From a candidate division WOR-3 bacterium (GTDB lineage: Bacteria > Hydrothermota > Tepidihabitantia > SM23-42), in NCBI GenBank assembly GCA_020355325.1, contig CP070664.1, positions 1,118,115 to 1,137,630 on the forward strand: a DNA stretch of 19,516 bases, written 5' to 3'. Shown piece by piece: positions 1-8,849 of this stretch. A program made the translations under genes and the position numbers. Each line of letters starts with the position of its first letter. The first letter of the stretch is position 1. The notes under the pieces are model-generated. The model saw only the letters and a list, made by a program, of their open reading frames with translations. It was not told the DNA's origin and did not search any database.

Positions 1-1092
1 ACGAAGGCATTAGACTATATACCGCGGCATTGGAAGATTGTTGACAGGAAGAACGGTTTTTTGTTTGAAGATGTGGTGGATAATCTCAATGAAATCTTCA
101 AACCGAGCACAGACATGTTAGAAAAGGCAATCGATCTCGCAACAGCAGAGGCCCATTCTCAAGGCATTACATCGGTTCATGAAATCGCTACGCCGGGGCG
201 ATTTAGACTCTTGCAAGAAATAAAGAGACAGAGAGGGTTACGGCAACGGTTTGCTGTTTATATATCTCGTGAATACCTCCATGATGTTGTATCATCGGGA
301 TTATCGAGCGGGTTCGGTGACGACGTGCTCAAGTTTGCAGGTATAAAAGTGTACATCGATGGTGCTATCGGTGCTCAGACGGCGGCACTATCAAAGCCAT
401 ACAGACACACAAAGAATAAGGGGATGATCCTCATTTCTATGAAGCGATTAACAAAGATTATAGAAATTGCAGAAAATAGCGGAATTCAATTGATGATTCA
501 TTCGATTGGAGACAGATCAACGCACCACGTTGTGAAAACACTTGAAGACAGTCTCAAAAAAAATAATCGTCTTCGCCATAGACTGGAACATATCGAAATC
601 GTTGATGATTACTCAATCGATGCAATGGCACGAATCAATGTGCTTGCATCGATGCAACCAAATTTCGTTAAGAGGTGGCAGTCACCTGGGAGCATGTACG
701 AACATTATCTTGGCGTGCGTTATCAAGATATGAACTGTTTCAAAAAACTGTTGGATCGAGGCGTCCGAGTGATATTCGGTTCGGATTGCATGCCCTTGGA
801 TGCTTTGTATGGTGTACGAGGGGCTGTCGAACATCCATTTCCTGTAGGTCGATTGAATCCACGCGAGGCACTACGATGTTACACCAGTGAAGCCGCCTAT
901 GCTACATTTGATGAAGGAAAAAAGGGAAGAATTGAACGTGGTGGCTTTGCTGATCTGACTGTTCTCGATAAAAATCCATTACACCGTGAAACAGTGCGTG
1001 AGGCAACAGTCGTCATGACGTTCGTTCACGGTGAGGTTGTTTACAAAAAGGCGAAAAAGCCGAATGATGGCGAAAAATTCGTCGTTTCATGA
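1..1092 (+). CDS. Metal-dependent amidohydrolase, Amidohydro_3-like. The 5' end is cut by the window edge; the reading frame is open from base 1.
   Basis: Frame 1 has no stop from nt 1 to 1092, so the listed ORF at 61 is an internal Met. The C-terminal stretch GFADLTVLDKNPL...TVVMTFVHGEVVY is typical of the Amidohydro_3 family (ADLVVLD...GG.VVY). The full-length family is usually over 500 aa. Confidence 0.7.
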   Translation, partial: TKALDYIPRHWKIVDRKNGFLFEDVVDNLNEIFKPSTDMLEKAIDLATAEAHSQGITSVHEIATPGRFRLLQEIKRQRGLRQRFAVYISREYLHDVVSSGLSSGFGDDVLKFAGIKVYIDGAIGAQTAALSKPYRHTKNKGMILISMKRLTKIIEIAENSGIQLMIHSIGDRSTHHVVKTLEDSLKKNNRLRHRLEHIEIVDDYSIDAMARINVLASMQPNFVKRWQSPGSMYEHYLGVRYQDMNCFKKLLDRGVRVIFGSDCMPLDALYGVRGAVEHPFPVGRLNPREALRCYTSEAAYATFDEGKKGRIERGGFADLTVLDKNPLHRETVREATVVMTFVHGEVVYKKAKKPNDGEKFVVS

Positions 1093-1877
1093 AGAGATTT
1101 TTCTGGATTTTTTCCAAGGCGTATAATAAATTTAGAAGTGACCGCTGTACACTTCTCGCCGCGGCATTAGTACACGCGACGACATTCAGTCTGTTCCCTT
1201 TAATCCTGGGATTCCTCTCTCTCTCTCTCTTCATTTTGGGTTCGTCTGAGGGAGTAATGCAAAGGGTTCTGCCTGTTCTCAAGCAGGTTTTTCCAGTCGG
1301 TATTGATGAAATCGTAAAGAATATCTCAGCAATAAGGCAGACATCTATTGTTATCGCAATCGGTGGAATTATCGGTTTCTTGTGGGGTGTAGCGAGTATC
1401 TTTCGTGCGGTAGAATCAACACTCAACGTTATCTGGAAGGCAAAGCGCGACCGGCCATTCTTGAAGAAAAGCCTCTTGACTGTCGGAACGGCATTCCTTG
1501 TATTTATTCTCTTGATTGCATCGGTTGTTTTGACGCTGTGGGCAAATATAATTGGAGTTGGTGATCTTACAGGATTTTTGCCGGAAATCAGCATTTTTTT
1601 TAGTATCTTTCTCTTTGGCCTCATTTACTGGTTCTTTCCAAACCGTCGAGTGAAATTCACGGAAGCATTCTTCGGTGCTATGTTCACGGGGGTTTTCTGG
1701 GAGTTGGCTAAATATCTGTTTTCGATCTACGTCGTCAAGGTGGTCGATTACTCAAAGATATTCGGTTCTTTATCTGCGTTAATTCTGTTATTTTTATGGA
1801 TATATTACTCTGCGTATATTTTCCTCTTCGGCGCTGAGCTCTCGTATGTTTACGCACGGAGGAAACTGTTGAAATAG
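1089..1877 (+). CDS. yihY: YihY/BrkB family inner membrane protein.
   Basis: The ATG overlaps the upstream stop (ATGA). The protein is multi-pass hydrophobic. It aligns by eye with E. coli YihY at LLAAALVHATTFSLFPL (vs LAGNLAYVSLLSLVPL), LNVIWKAKRDRP (vs LNTIWRSKRARP), FPNRRV and LFGAELSYVYARRK (vs LGAEITVTLGEYRK). Confidence 0.85.
   Translation: MKRFFWIFSKAYNKFRSDRCTLLAAALVHATTFSLFPLILGFLSLSLFILGSSEGVMQRVLPVLKQVFPVGIDEIVKNISAIRQTSIVIAIGGIIGFLWGVASIFRAVESTLNVIWKAKRDRPFLKKSLLTVGTAFLVFILLIASVVLTLWANIIGVGDLTGFLPEISIFFSIFLFGLIYWFFPNRRVKFTEAFFGAMFTGVFWELAKYLFSIYVVKVVDYSKIFGSLSALILLFLWIYYSAYIFLFGAELSYVYARRKLLK
1215..1230. repeat. (CT)8 dinucleotide microsatellite inside the yihY CDS. It encodes LSLSL within the first TM segment.
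   Basis: Direct read: ctctctctctctctct at 1215-1230. Confidence 0.9.
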
Positions 1878-1892
1878 AGGGTTCTCATCCTC

Positions 1893-1918
1893 GCGTGCGA
1901 CGCATTGCTTATTTTTGG
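1893..1918 (+). terminator. Weak candidate intrinsic terminator between the convergent yihY and panB genes.
   Basis: GCGT-gcg-ACGC forms a 4-bp GC stem at 1893-1903, followed a few nt later by ttattttt at 1909-1916. The stem is short and the T-run is not adjacent. Confidence 0.25.
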
Positions 1919-1940
1919 TAGAAAATAAGAGTGTTCCTCA

Positions 1941-2729
1941 TCAAAATGAGTGTTCTTTATCTGGATAGATTCCTTTTTTTACTTCTTCTTTGTAACACTG
2001 CACGGCCCGTCGAATTTCATCTCCGAGGCGGGCATATTTTTTAACAAATTTTGGTGTGAAATCTTCAAACAGGCCGAGCATATCATGGAGGACTAAAACT
2101 TGACCGTCGCAGTGCGGTCCTGCTCCAATACCAATTGTTGGAATTGATATGCTCTCGGTAACACGTTTGGCAAGCGCAGCAGGTATTTTCTCCAACACAA
2201 TCGAAAAACAACCTGCGGATTGGAGGAACTTGGCATCCTCAATTATGCGCGAGGCTTCTTCTTCTGTTTTTCCTTGTAACTTATAGCCGCTGAACTTATG
2301 GATTGACTGAGGGGTGAGTCCCAGATGACCCATGACAGGAATACCTATATCGATGAGCCTCTTTATTGTGTCGACCATTGGAGTACCGCCCTCGAGCTTC
2401 ACACCACGGGCACCAACTTTTAAGAATCTGCCAGCATTATAGACAGCATCAGCAAGGGAAGTCTGGTACGATAAAAAGGGCATGTCGGCAATAACGAGTG
2501 CGTGTTCCACAGCACGGGCAACAATCTTCGTGTGGTAGAGCATTTCTTCCATCGTGATAGGCAGCGTCGTTTTCTCACCCGCAAACACATTTGCTGCCGA
2601 GTCGCCTACGAGAATAATATCGATTCCCACTTCATCGAGAATCTTTGCGGTGGGATAATCGTAGGCAGTGAGACAGACAATTTTCTCATGTTTCTTTTTC
2701 ATCGAAATAATCGTTTCAATCGTTACCAT
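1941..2729 (-). CDS. panB: 3-methyl-2-oxobutanoate hydroxymethyltransferase (ketopantoate hydroxymethyltransferase).
   Basis: The N-terminus MVTIETI..KKKHEKIVCLTAYDYPTAKILDEVGIDIILVGDSAANV matches the PanB family pattern (TAYD, LVGDS). The length of 262 aa is typical. Confidence 0.9.
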   Translation of the reverse strand: MVTIETIISMKKKHEKIVCLTAYDYPTAKILDEVGIDIILVGDSAANVFAGEKTTLPITMEEMLYHTKIVARAVEHALVIADMPFLSYQTSLADAVYNAGRFLKVGARGVKLEGGTPMVDTIKRLIDIGIPVMGHLGLTPQSIHKFSGYKLQGKTEEEASRIIEDAKFLQSAGCFSIVLEKIPAALAKRVTESISIPTIGIGAGPHCDGQVLVLHDMLGLFEDFTPKFVKKYARLGDEIRRAVQCYKEEVKKGIYPDKEHSF

Positions 2730-3358
2730 GCTTTTGAAATGATCCTGCGCGGCTCTTTAAAGCTTTTTATTTCATTATATATTAATTCAATGTCTTTAGG
2801 ATTTGTGAGAAAGTCAAACCCCTTGATGTCGATGATTAAAAGTGGTGAATCGGTGTAATGAAAGAAAAATGTATTATAGGCATTGCACAACTTCTCGATA
2901 TACTCATATTCAATTCCACGCTCATAGTTGCGATCCCGTTGTTTAATTCTCTTGTAAAAAATTTCGGGAGTCGCCTGGAGGTAGATGACTAAATCGGCTC
3001 TCGGAATATCTCGTTCGAGAATGGAATAGATTTTATCATAGAGAAAGAACTCATCTTCATCGAGGTTTACCTCTGCAAAGATACGGTCCTTGGCGAAGAG
3101 GTAGTCTGTAATAACACGTGAGTGAAAGAGGTCTATTTGCGCAATCTCCCGTTGCTGACGGAACCTCGATAGGAGAAAATAGATTTGGGTGTGGAACGCA
3201 TACTTTGGCGGATCGGAATAGAATTTTGCGAGAAAAGGATTTTCCTCAAATTCCTCCAAGATAATACCAGCATGGATTTTATCAGCGAGCACCTTCGCTA
3301 ACGACGTTTTACCCGCACCGATGACGCCTTCAATCGCGATAAATCTCAATTCCTTCAT
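2723..3358 (-). CDS. Deoxynucleoside kinase (dAK/dGK/dCK family).
   Basis: The N-terminus carries a P-loop, IAIEGVIGAGKTSLAKVL. Further in, LEEFEENPFLAKFY resembles the dNK family ERS/DRY region. It overlaps panB by 7 nt and folK by 29 nt. Confidence 0.8.
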   Translation of the reverse strand: MKELRFIAIEGVIGAGKTSLAKVLADKIHAGIILEEFEENPFLAKFYSDPPKYAFHTQIYFLLSRFRQQREIAQIDLFHSRVITDYLFAKDRIFAEVNLDEDEFFLYDKIYSILERDIPRADLVIYLQATPEIFYKRIKQRDRNYERGIEYEYIEKLCNAYNTFFFHYTDSPLLIIDIKGFDFLTNPKDIELIYNEIKSFKEPRRIISKAW

Positions 3359-3812
3359 TCCTTATCTCGTCTAAAAAATCCTTTACACGCTTCGTCGAAA
3401 ATGGTGGTACGAAATCTGGTGCAATCTCGGCAAGCAGTTTTATCGCGAATGGGCGATTTAAAAACTCCTTGTGCGGAATTGTTAAGTTTTCACTCTTGAT
3501 GACTCGATCACCATAGAAGAGGATATCTACATCTATTACCCGTGGTGCCCATCGCCGCCTCTTTATTCTTCCCATATTCGATTCAATGCTCTTGAGCACA
3601 GCGAGAAGCTCAACAGGTGAGTAGTCACAATCGACCTCGATTGCCATATTAAGAAAATCTGGCTGATTGTTGTTACCCCAGGGTTTTGTTTTGTATATTC
3701 TCGATTTTTTAATGATACGGATATTGTGGCGTTGTAATTTGTTGAGTGCCCTCTCTAAGTTTTTTTTTAAATTACCAACATTTGTACCCAACAGGAGGAA
3801 AATACTTTCCAT
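3330..3812 (-). CDS. folK: 2-amino-4-hydroxy-6-hydroxymethyldihydropteridine pyrophosphokinase (HPPK).
   Basis: IFLLLGTNVGN..NLERAL...SRIYKTKPWG...RWAPRVIDVDILFYG matches the HPPK signature pattern (YLALGSNLGD...S.lYeT.P.G...R.gPRtlDlDIL). Confidence 0.9.
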   Translation of the reverse strand: MESIFLLLGTNVGNLKKNLERALNKLQRHNIRIIKKSRIYKTKPWGNNNQPDFLNMAIEVDCDYSPVELLAVLKSIESNMGRIKRRRWAPRVIDVDILFYGDRVIKSENLTIPHKEFLNRPFAIKLLAEIAPDFVPPFSTKRVKDFLDEIRNEGIEIYRD

Positions 3813-3899
3813 TCACCGTATTGTACCCGAAACTATTCGCTTGTCAAGAATTATATTAGTGATTACAGTGATATACGTAGATTACAGAGGTCTTGGCTT

Positions 3900-4967
3900 C
3901 TACGGCGTCAGGGATTTGAGATATTCCCTGTTCCGCTTGAGCTGGTCGTAGGAAAAGAAGACCACGCCAGCATAGGGCAGTGTATGGATGAACCGTACTT
4001 GGTCACTGATTTCCCAGGGACGTAAAAGATAGATACCTAATCCAACGGTCACACGATGGGGTTCCTTGACGACCTCGAGGAGATCGTGTAAATCTTCTTC
4101 GATACGCCTGCTGTAGGCCATCAAACAAACAAAATCGACAGAGCCCGAATTGAGCCATTGGAGCCAATCCTGGTGGAATTGATGGCGTGCAGCGCGATAA
4201 TTCGGTTTGACCGCGACCGAGATCAAAAGACCTGGTTTCATTATCTTAAGATGCTCTGCCACTTCTTGAACAAAGTCATCGAGGTCGTTGTTAATAAATT
4301 CGTGCCACGTTTGTAAAAGATCTTGATAACCCCAGGTACTCACGCGCTCCTTGAGAACCGTAGATTCGTCAATAGCCGTGGGGTCGACATAGTACTTTCT
4401 TAAAAACTTACTTCTCAGCGAGGCATCGTAAATAAAGCGCCTGCTCGGATATCGGATGTAATCGAAGTGGACGCCATCAAAATCATAGTTGTTCACAATT
4501 TCCTCAGCGATTGTGATTATGTATTGTCTCACGTCCGGAACTGCTGGCGCAAGAAAATATCCTTCGACACCGATCTGTCTTAATTCATTAACCGTATAAT
4601 CGAGAATTGACCGTTCATATTGGTCCTCGACATACCAGTTCCGGTTTCGATTGATTGGATGATTTTGGTTGAGGGTTTGAGGTGCGTAGCCCCAAGAATA
4701 AAGGGTGTTTACCCACGCGGAAACCTTAATATTACGGCGGTGCGCTTCGGCTAAGAATTCTCGCAACCACCTATCAGAACGCATCCTGCTCGGTGCGTAT
4801 TGCGAGGGATAGTATGACTCACCCAGTGCGAAGACCTGGAGAAAGATGTGGTTAAATTTTCCATCGAGGACTGAAAATATCTTGTCCTGGTCATTTATTG
4901 ACCAGCGTGGTATCCAAATACCCCTAAAATCAGTATAAAAGACTACTAGTAGAGCAAAAATAAACAC
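3900..4967 (-). CDS. Glycoside-hydrolase-like family 10 protein (GHL10/DUF187, YngK-like), a TIM-barrel. The start is uncertain.
   Basis: The N-terminus FRGIWIP resembles the RGVWV opening of the mature domain in GHL10 proteins. The GTG start has a poor RBS, and only about 13 hydrophobic residues precede the domain. Confidence 0.5.
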   Translation of the reverse strand: MFIFALLVVFYTDFRGIWIPRWSINDQDKIFSVLDGKFNHIFLQVFALGESYYPSQYAPSRMRSDRWLREFLAEAHRRNIKVSAWVNTLYSWGYAPQTLNQNHPINRNRNWYVEDQYERSILDYTVNELRQIGVEGYFLAPAVPDVRQYIITIAEEIVNNYDFDGVHFDYIRYPSRRFIYDASLRSKFLRKYYVDPTAIDESTVLKERVSTWGYQDLLQTWHEFINNDLDDFVQEVAEHLKIMKPGLLISVAVKPNYRAARHQFHQDWLQWLNSGSVDFVCLMAYSRRIEEDLHDLLEVVKEPHRVTVGLGIYLLRPWEISDQVRFIHTLPYAGVVFFSYDQLKRNREYLKSLTP

Positions 4968-5010
4968 CCTTTACTGTATCTATAATGGCTCAAAAGTCAA
5001 TTATAAAGTA

Positions 5011-5038
5011 TTGACTTTCCATTATATTTACATAGAAT
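5011..5038 (+). promoter_or_regulatory. Candidate sigma70-type promoter for the SPFH-amz-aminotransferase operon.
   Basis: TTGACT at 5011-5016, a 16-nt spacer, then TAGAAT at 5033-5038. The RBS AGGAGG at 5047-5052 and the ATG at 5059 follow. Confidence 0.4.
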
Positions 5039-5058
5039 AGGTTAATGAGGAGGTAGCT

Positions 5059-5811
5059 ATGGGACTCACTACAATAATTATTATTGTCATAATCTTAATA
5101 GTTTTGAGCGCAATTAAGATTTTAAAGGAATATGAGAGGGCAATCGTGTTCCGGCTCGGCAGGTTTATCAAAGTGAAGGGTCCTGGTATTTTTATTCTGT
5201 GGCCTGGTATTGATAAGATGGCAAAAGTTTCACTCAGGGTCATTACCATGGACGTTCCGCCCCAAGATGTTATTACCAAGGATAATATTTCAATTAAGGT
5301 GAATGCAGTTGCCTACTTCAGGGTTTTTGAACCGGCAAAGGCGATTCTCGAGGTTGAAGATTTTCTCTATGCAACGAGTCAACTCTCGCAAGTCACATTG
5401 CGTAGTGTTCTTGGTGAGTATGAACTCGATGAGATTCTCATGCAGCGCGAAAAGATAAATATGAGACTGCAGAAAATCATCGATACACAGACCGACCCCT
5501 GGGGTATTAAGGTTTCAACGGTTGAAATCAAGCACGTTGACATTCCGACAGAAATGCAGCGGGCAATTGCCCGGCAGGCTGAGGCAGAGAGAACGAGGCG
5601 AGCAAAGATAATCCACGCTGAGGGAGAATTGCAGGCCGCTGATAAATTAAACCAGGCAGCGAAGATTATTGGAGCAACGTCGGTCGGTATACAGCTACGT
5701 TTTCTCCAGACCCTCACCGAGGTTGCAACGGAGAAAAATTCAACGACGATATTCCCGGTACCCATCGACTTGTTCGCTCCCTTTATCAGGAAGCTATCTG
5801 GAAAAGAGTGA
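5059..5811 (+). CDS. SPFH/band-7 (stomatin/prohibitin-like) membrane protein.
   Basis: The N-terminal TM segment is followed by [13 protein letters not shown]...[13 protein letters not shown], the classic SPFH opening. A coiled-coil C-terminus, [17 protein letters not shown], follows. A strong SD sits upstream. Confidence 0.9.
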   Translation: MGLTTIIIIVIILIVLSAIKILKEYERAIVFRLGRFIKVKGPGIFILWPGIDKMAKVSLRVITMDVPPQDVITKDNISIKVNAVAYFRVFEPAKAILEVEDFLYATSQLSQVTLRSVLGEYELDEILMQREKINMRLQKIIDTQTDPWGIKVSTVEIKHVDIPTEMQRAIARQAEAERTRRAKIIHAEGELQAADKLNQAAKIIGATSVGIQLRFLQTLTEVATEKNSTTIFPVPIDLFAPFIRKLSGKE

Positions 5812-6290
5812 TCGGTGTCTATCAGCAAAAGGGTCTTGATTTTTTTGATATAGTCCAAGAGGCACTCTTGAGGCATCTCAACGCGGAATCGAAATCCGCT
5901 GGTTTTTTCGCAATTCCCGCTGAGGTTTTTAATCCTTTGAGAAATCAGTATGAATCGAGTATGATTATCAGAAGAATTGCTCAAGAAAAAAGCGCTGAAT
6001 ACACCTATGCAGCCGGTATTGTGGATGTTGACATATACACGCATGGCATGAATTTCATCTTTGGCATGGCTGATCCAATCAGGAAAACCGCACTCGTTTC
6101 GATCCATCGACTCATCGGTGATAGACTGAATGAGCGTGTTACGAAGGAAATTGTTCACGAAGTCGGCCATTTAATGGGGCTTGGTCACTGTCGCAAGCCC
6201 CACTGTGTTATGTACTTTTCAAATACACTGATTGACACAGACAACAAAGATCCTGATCTGTGCATAGAATGTAGGCGGGAAATTGAGTAA
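5808..6290 (+). CDS. amzA: Archaemetzincin-family zinc metallopeptidase (MEROPS M54-like).
   Basis: [42 protein letters not shown] fits the archaemetzincin motif HEXXHXXGXXHCX4CXM(X16-17)CXXC. The ATG overlaps the SPFH stop (ATGA). Confidence 0.75.
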   Translation: MIGVYQQKGLDFFDIVQEALLRHLNAESKSAGFFAIPAEVFNPLRNQYESSMIIRRIAQEKSAEYTYAAGIVDVDIYTHGMNFIFGMADPIRKTALVSIHRLIGDRLNERVTKEIVHEVGHLMGLGHCRKPHCVMYFSNTLIDTDNKDPDLCIECRREIE

Positions 6291-7362
6291 TTACACACTG
6301 TTTACTCCCGGACCAATCGACGTGCCCGAAGAGGTTTTACAGGAAACCGCACAGCCTCTGATCTATCATCGTGAAGCCCAATTTGGGAAATTACTCGCTG
6401 GCGTTTCTAACCATATCAAAGCAATTATAGACGGTGAGGATAAAATTTTCTTTTTGACTTCTTCGGGGACCGGTTCGATGGAAGCTGCGTGCTCCAATAC
6501 CCTGTCGACCGGTGATAAACCAATTGTTGCAGTATGTGGAAAATTTGGTGAACGGTGGCTTGAGATCTGTACGACCTACGGAATCGAGCCGATAGTAATT
6601 AAGAATGAATTTGGTAGATGTATTGAGCCCGAACAGATTGAATCAGCACTGAAAAAACTGGACAGGCCAACGGTTATATTCACAACGCTTACCGAGACGT
6701 CAACCGGTGCGCTTAATGATATTCAATCATTCGGTACAATATCTAAGAAATACGATTCATTTCTTGTCGTTGATGCAATTGCTGGTGTTGGAGCAGATCC
6801 TTGTCCCCAAAAAAATTGGCATGTCGATATGCTGATTGGAGCATCTCAAAAAGCCCTCATGGCACCGCCTGGGATTTCATTTATTTCTGCATCGAGTCGT
6901 ATTGTTAAAAAAATAGCAGAATCAAATCTTCCACGGTACTACTTTAATCTTCAACTGTACGAAAAATTTTTAGCGAAACATCAAACACCATTCACACCAG
7001 CGATTACTATTCTTTATGGACTTAAAAAAGGACTCGAGATGATTCTCCAGACAGGCGTGGAGAATCATTTTGAGCACCACCGTGTGGTAGCAGAGTACGT
7101 GCGTCAACGTGTTGCACAGATGGGCTTGAACCTTCTGTCGTGTTCGCCGTCCCGCGCGCTCACTGTTGTAAAAATGCCTGATCATATTGATAGTACCTCA
7201 GTTCTTCAAGAGGTAAAGGAGAAACATAATGTTCTCTTTGCCAATGGTCAGGCAAATTTGAGAGGGAAGATTATCAGGATTGGGCATATGGGGAATTATG
7301 ATGTATCGAAGATGGGCAAGGCACTCGATGCCTTGGAAAACGTTATGAAACAGAGGAGATAG
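6283..7362 (+). CDS. Class V PLP-dependent aminotransferase (AGXT / serine-pyruvate aminotransferase family).
   Basis: LFTPGPIDVPEEVL is the typical AGXT-family N-terminus. The candidate PLP-lysine context is GASQKALMAPPG. The start is a TTG overlapping the upstream stop, and no in-frame ATG lies nearby. Confidence 0.8.
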   Translation: MSNYTLFTPGPIDVPEEVLQETAQPLIYHREAQFGKLLAGVSNHIKAIIDGEDKIFFLTSSGTGSMEAACSNTLSTGDKPIVAVCGKFGERWLEICTTYGIEPIVIKNEFGRCIEPEQIESALKKLDRPTVIFTTLTETSTGALNDIQSFGTISKKYDSFLVVDAIAGVGADPCPQKNWHVDMLIGASQKALMAPPGISFISASSRIVKKIAESNLPRYYFNLQLYEKFLAKHQTPFTPAITILYGLKKGLEMILQTGVENHFEHHRVVAEYVRQRVAQMGLNLLSCSPSRALTVVKMPDHIDSTSVLQEVKEKHNVLFANGQANLRGKIIRIGHMGNYDVSKMGKALDALENVMKQRR

Positions 7363-7365
7363 AAA

Positions 7366-8370
7366 ATGGGTAGATATATCAAATTAGGGTATGAGGGTAT
7401 TGAGCTCGAACTCCCGGTTCATGCCCTTTATATTTATAGAGATACTGAACAGCTCCTCTCTAATATCGTACCCCTCATAACCGAGGGTGTTGAGCATAAG
7501 GAGAAGTGTATCTTCATTGGGAAAAAAGAAGATTGCAAGGTATTGAAAAAGAAATTTAAAACAGGCATTACGATACTCGGCGACGGTATTGGCGCAGGTG
7601 ATTTTCTTCCATGGCTCAAGAGCGAATATGGTAAACTCGGAAAAAGTTATCAGGGATTGAGGATTTTCTTGGAAAGTGAGAAAGAATTTTTACATTACGA
7701 GGACATTATTGACGATTTTCATACGCAGCCAGATCTCAAACTTTTTCTTCTCTGTCAATATAAAATAGATGAGGTCGATACGAGCCAGATGCTCGATATT
7801 CTCAAGACCCATCCCTACGTTTTTGTCGAACATCTTCTAAAACCTAATTGTTTCTACTCACGCGTAAAACATCGTATTTGGCTCGATCCACTAACCGGTA
7901 TCTTTAACAGGAGATATTTTGAGAACCAATTAAGCAAGGAATTACAGCGTGCATCGCGATACACCCATCCGCTGTCAATCCTTTTCTTGGACATTGATCA
8001 GTTCAAAAAAGTGAATGATGAATTCGGCCATCAGAGGGGCGATCAGGTGCTTCAGGAGTTGTGTCAAATCCTTGAGCGGTGTTTGCGGAGCGTCGACGTT
8101 GTGGCACGGTATGGTGGTGATGAATTTATCGCACTCCTACCAGAGACGAAAAAGACCTATGCAAAGAAGACTGCCGAGCGCATTTTAAAGAGTATAAAGA
8201 ATTATGACTTCTTCAAAGGTAATCTTAAAGTCAGAGAACTCGCGGTTTCAATTGGTGTTGCTGCATTCCCCGAGGATGCTGGTGGTACCTATGAACTCAT
8301 CAAAAAGGCAGATACTGCACTCTATCAAGCGAAACGCGAGGGTGGCGGGAAGGTCGTTGCATGTACATAG
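7366..8370 (+). CDS. Diguanylate cyclase: an N-terminal MEDS-like sensory domain fused to a GGDEF domain.
   Basis: The C-terminal half reads LTGIFNRRYFE...DIDQFKKVNDEFGHQRGDQVL...RYGGDEFIALL, with an intact GGDEF. The N-terminal ~170 aa, VHALYIYRDTEQLL..VPLITEGVEHKEKCIFIG, matches the MEDS pattern (H..lhY..ee.....v.f...G...gE.clyi). An SD GAGGAG sits 9 nt upstream. Confidence 0.85.
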   Translation: MGRYIKLGYEGIELELPVHALYIYRDTEQLLSNIVPLITEGVEHKEKCIFIGKKEDCKVLKKKFKTGITILGDGIGAGDFLPWLKSEYGKLGKSYQGLRIFLESEKEFLHYEDIIDDFHTQPDLKLFLLCQYKIDEVDTSQMLDILKTHPYVFVEHLLKPNCFYSRVKHRIWLDPLTGIFNRRYFENQLSKELQRASRYTHPLSILFLDIDQFKKVNDEFGHQRGDQVLQELCQILERCLRSVDVVARYGGDEFIALLPETKKTYAKKTAERILKSIKNYDFFKGNLKVRELAVSIGVAAFPEDAGGTYELIKKADTALYQAKREGGGKVVACT

Positions 8371-8399
8371 CGATTTTCATTTTGCCGTAAGGAGGTACA

Positions 8400-8849
8400 A
8401 TGCCTATTACTCCTTTAGAGATACGAAAGCAGGAATTTAGGAAAGCGTTGCGAGGTTATGATCCTCATGAAGTACGCGCATTTCTTGAAATGGTCTCTAT
8501 CGAGTTGGAGAATCTACTGAGAGAAAACGCCAAACTGCAAGAGAAGGTCAAAGATTTAGATTCAAAAATTGAAGATTATCATCGTATGGAGAAGATACTT
8601 CAGAATACTCTTACAACAACACAAAAGGCAACGGATGAATTGAAGAATGGTGCAAAGAAGGAAGCAGAGACAATCATTGCTAATGCACGGGTTGAAGCAC
8701 AGAGATTTTTAAAGGAAGCGCAGACCGAACTCGCACGAATGAAAGAAGAAACAAAAATGGTTGAGCACCAGAAATTGCTCCTCGTATCTGAATTTCGTGG
8801 ACTCTTAGAATCGTATATAAGATTACTCGAACGACTCGAAAAAAAGTGA
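8400..8849 (+). CDS. divIVA: DivIVA-domain protein.
   Basis: The N-terminus MPITPLEIRKQEFRKALRGYDPHEVRAFLEMV is the canonical DivIVA lipid-binding N-domain, and the rest is coiled coil. A strong SD, AAGGAGG, lies upstream. Confidence 0.85.
   Translation: MPITPLEIRKQEFRKALRGYDPHEVRAFLEMVSIELENLLRENAKLQEKVKDLDSKIEDYHRMEKILQNTLTTTQKATDELKNGAKKEAETIIANARVEAQRFLKEAQTELARMKEETKMVEHQKLLLVSEFRGLLESYIRLLERLEKK

Noticed and set aside
1013-1624. A 203-aa ORF on the minus strand.
   Set aside because: It is antisense to the amidohydrolase 3' end and yihY and has no family resemblance. It is a shadow ORF.
2502-2858. A 118-aa plus-strand ORF.
   Set aside because: It is antisense to the panB/dNK junction and has no motifs.
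5379-6170. A 263-aa ORF on the minus strand.
   Set aside because: It is entirely antisense to the well-supported SPFH and archaemetzincin genes. It has Cys/Ser-rich odd composition and no recognisable motifs. It is a shadow ORF.
8204-8440. A 78-aa plus-strand ORF spanning the GGDEF 3' end and the divIVA start.
   Set aside because: It is in a different frame, overlapping two supported genes, and the strong SD in this interval belongs to divIVA.
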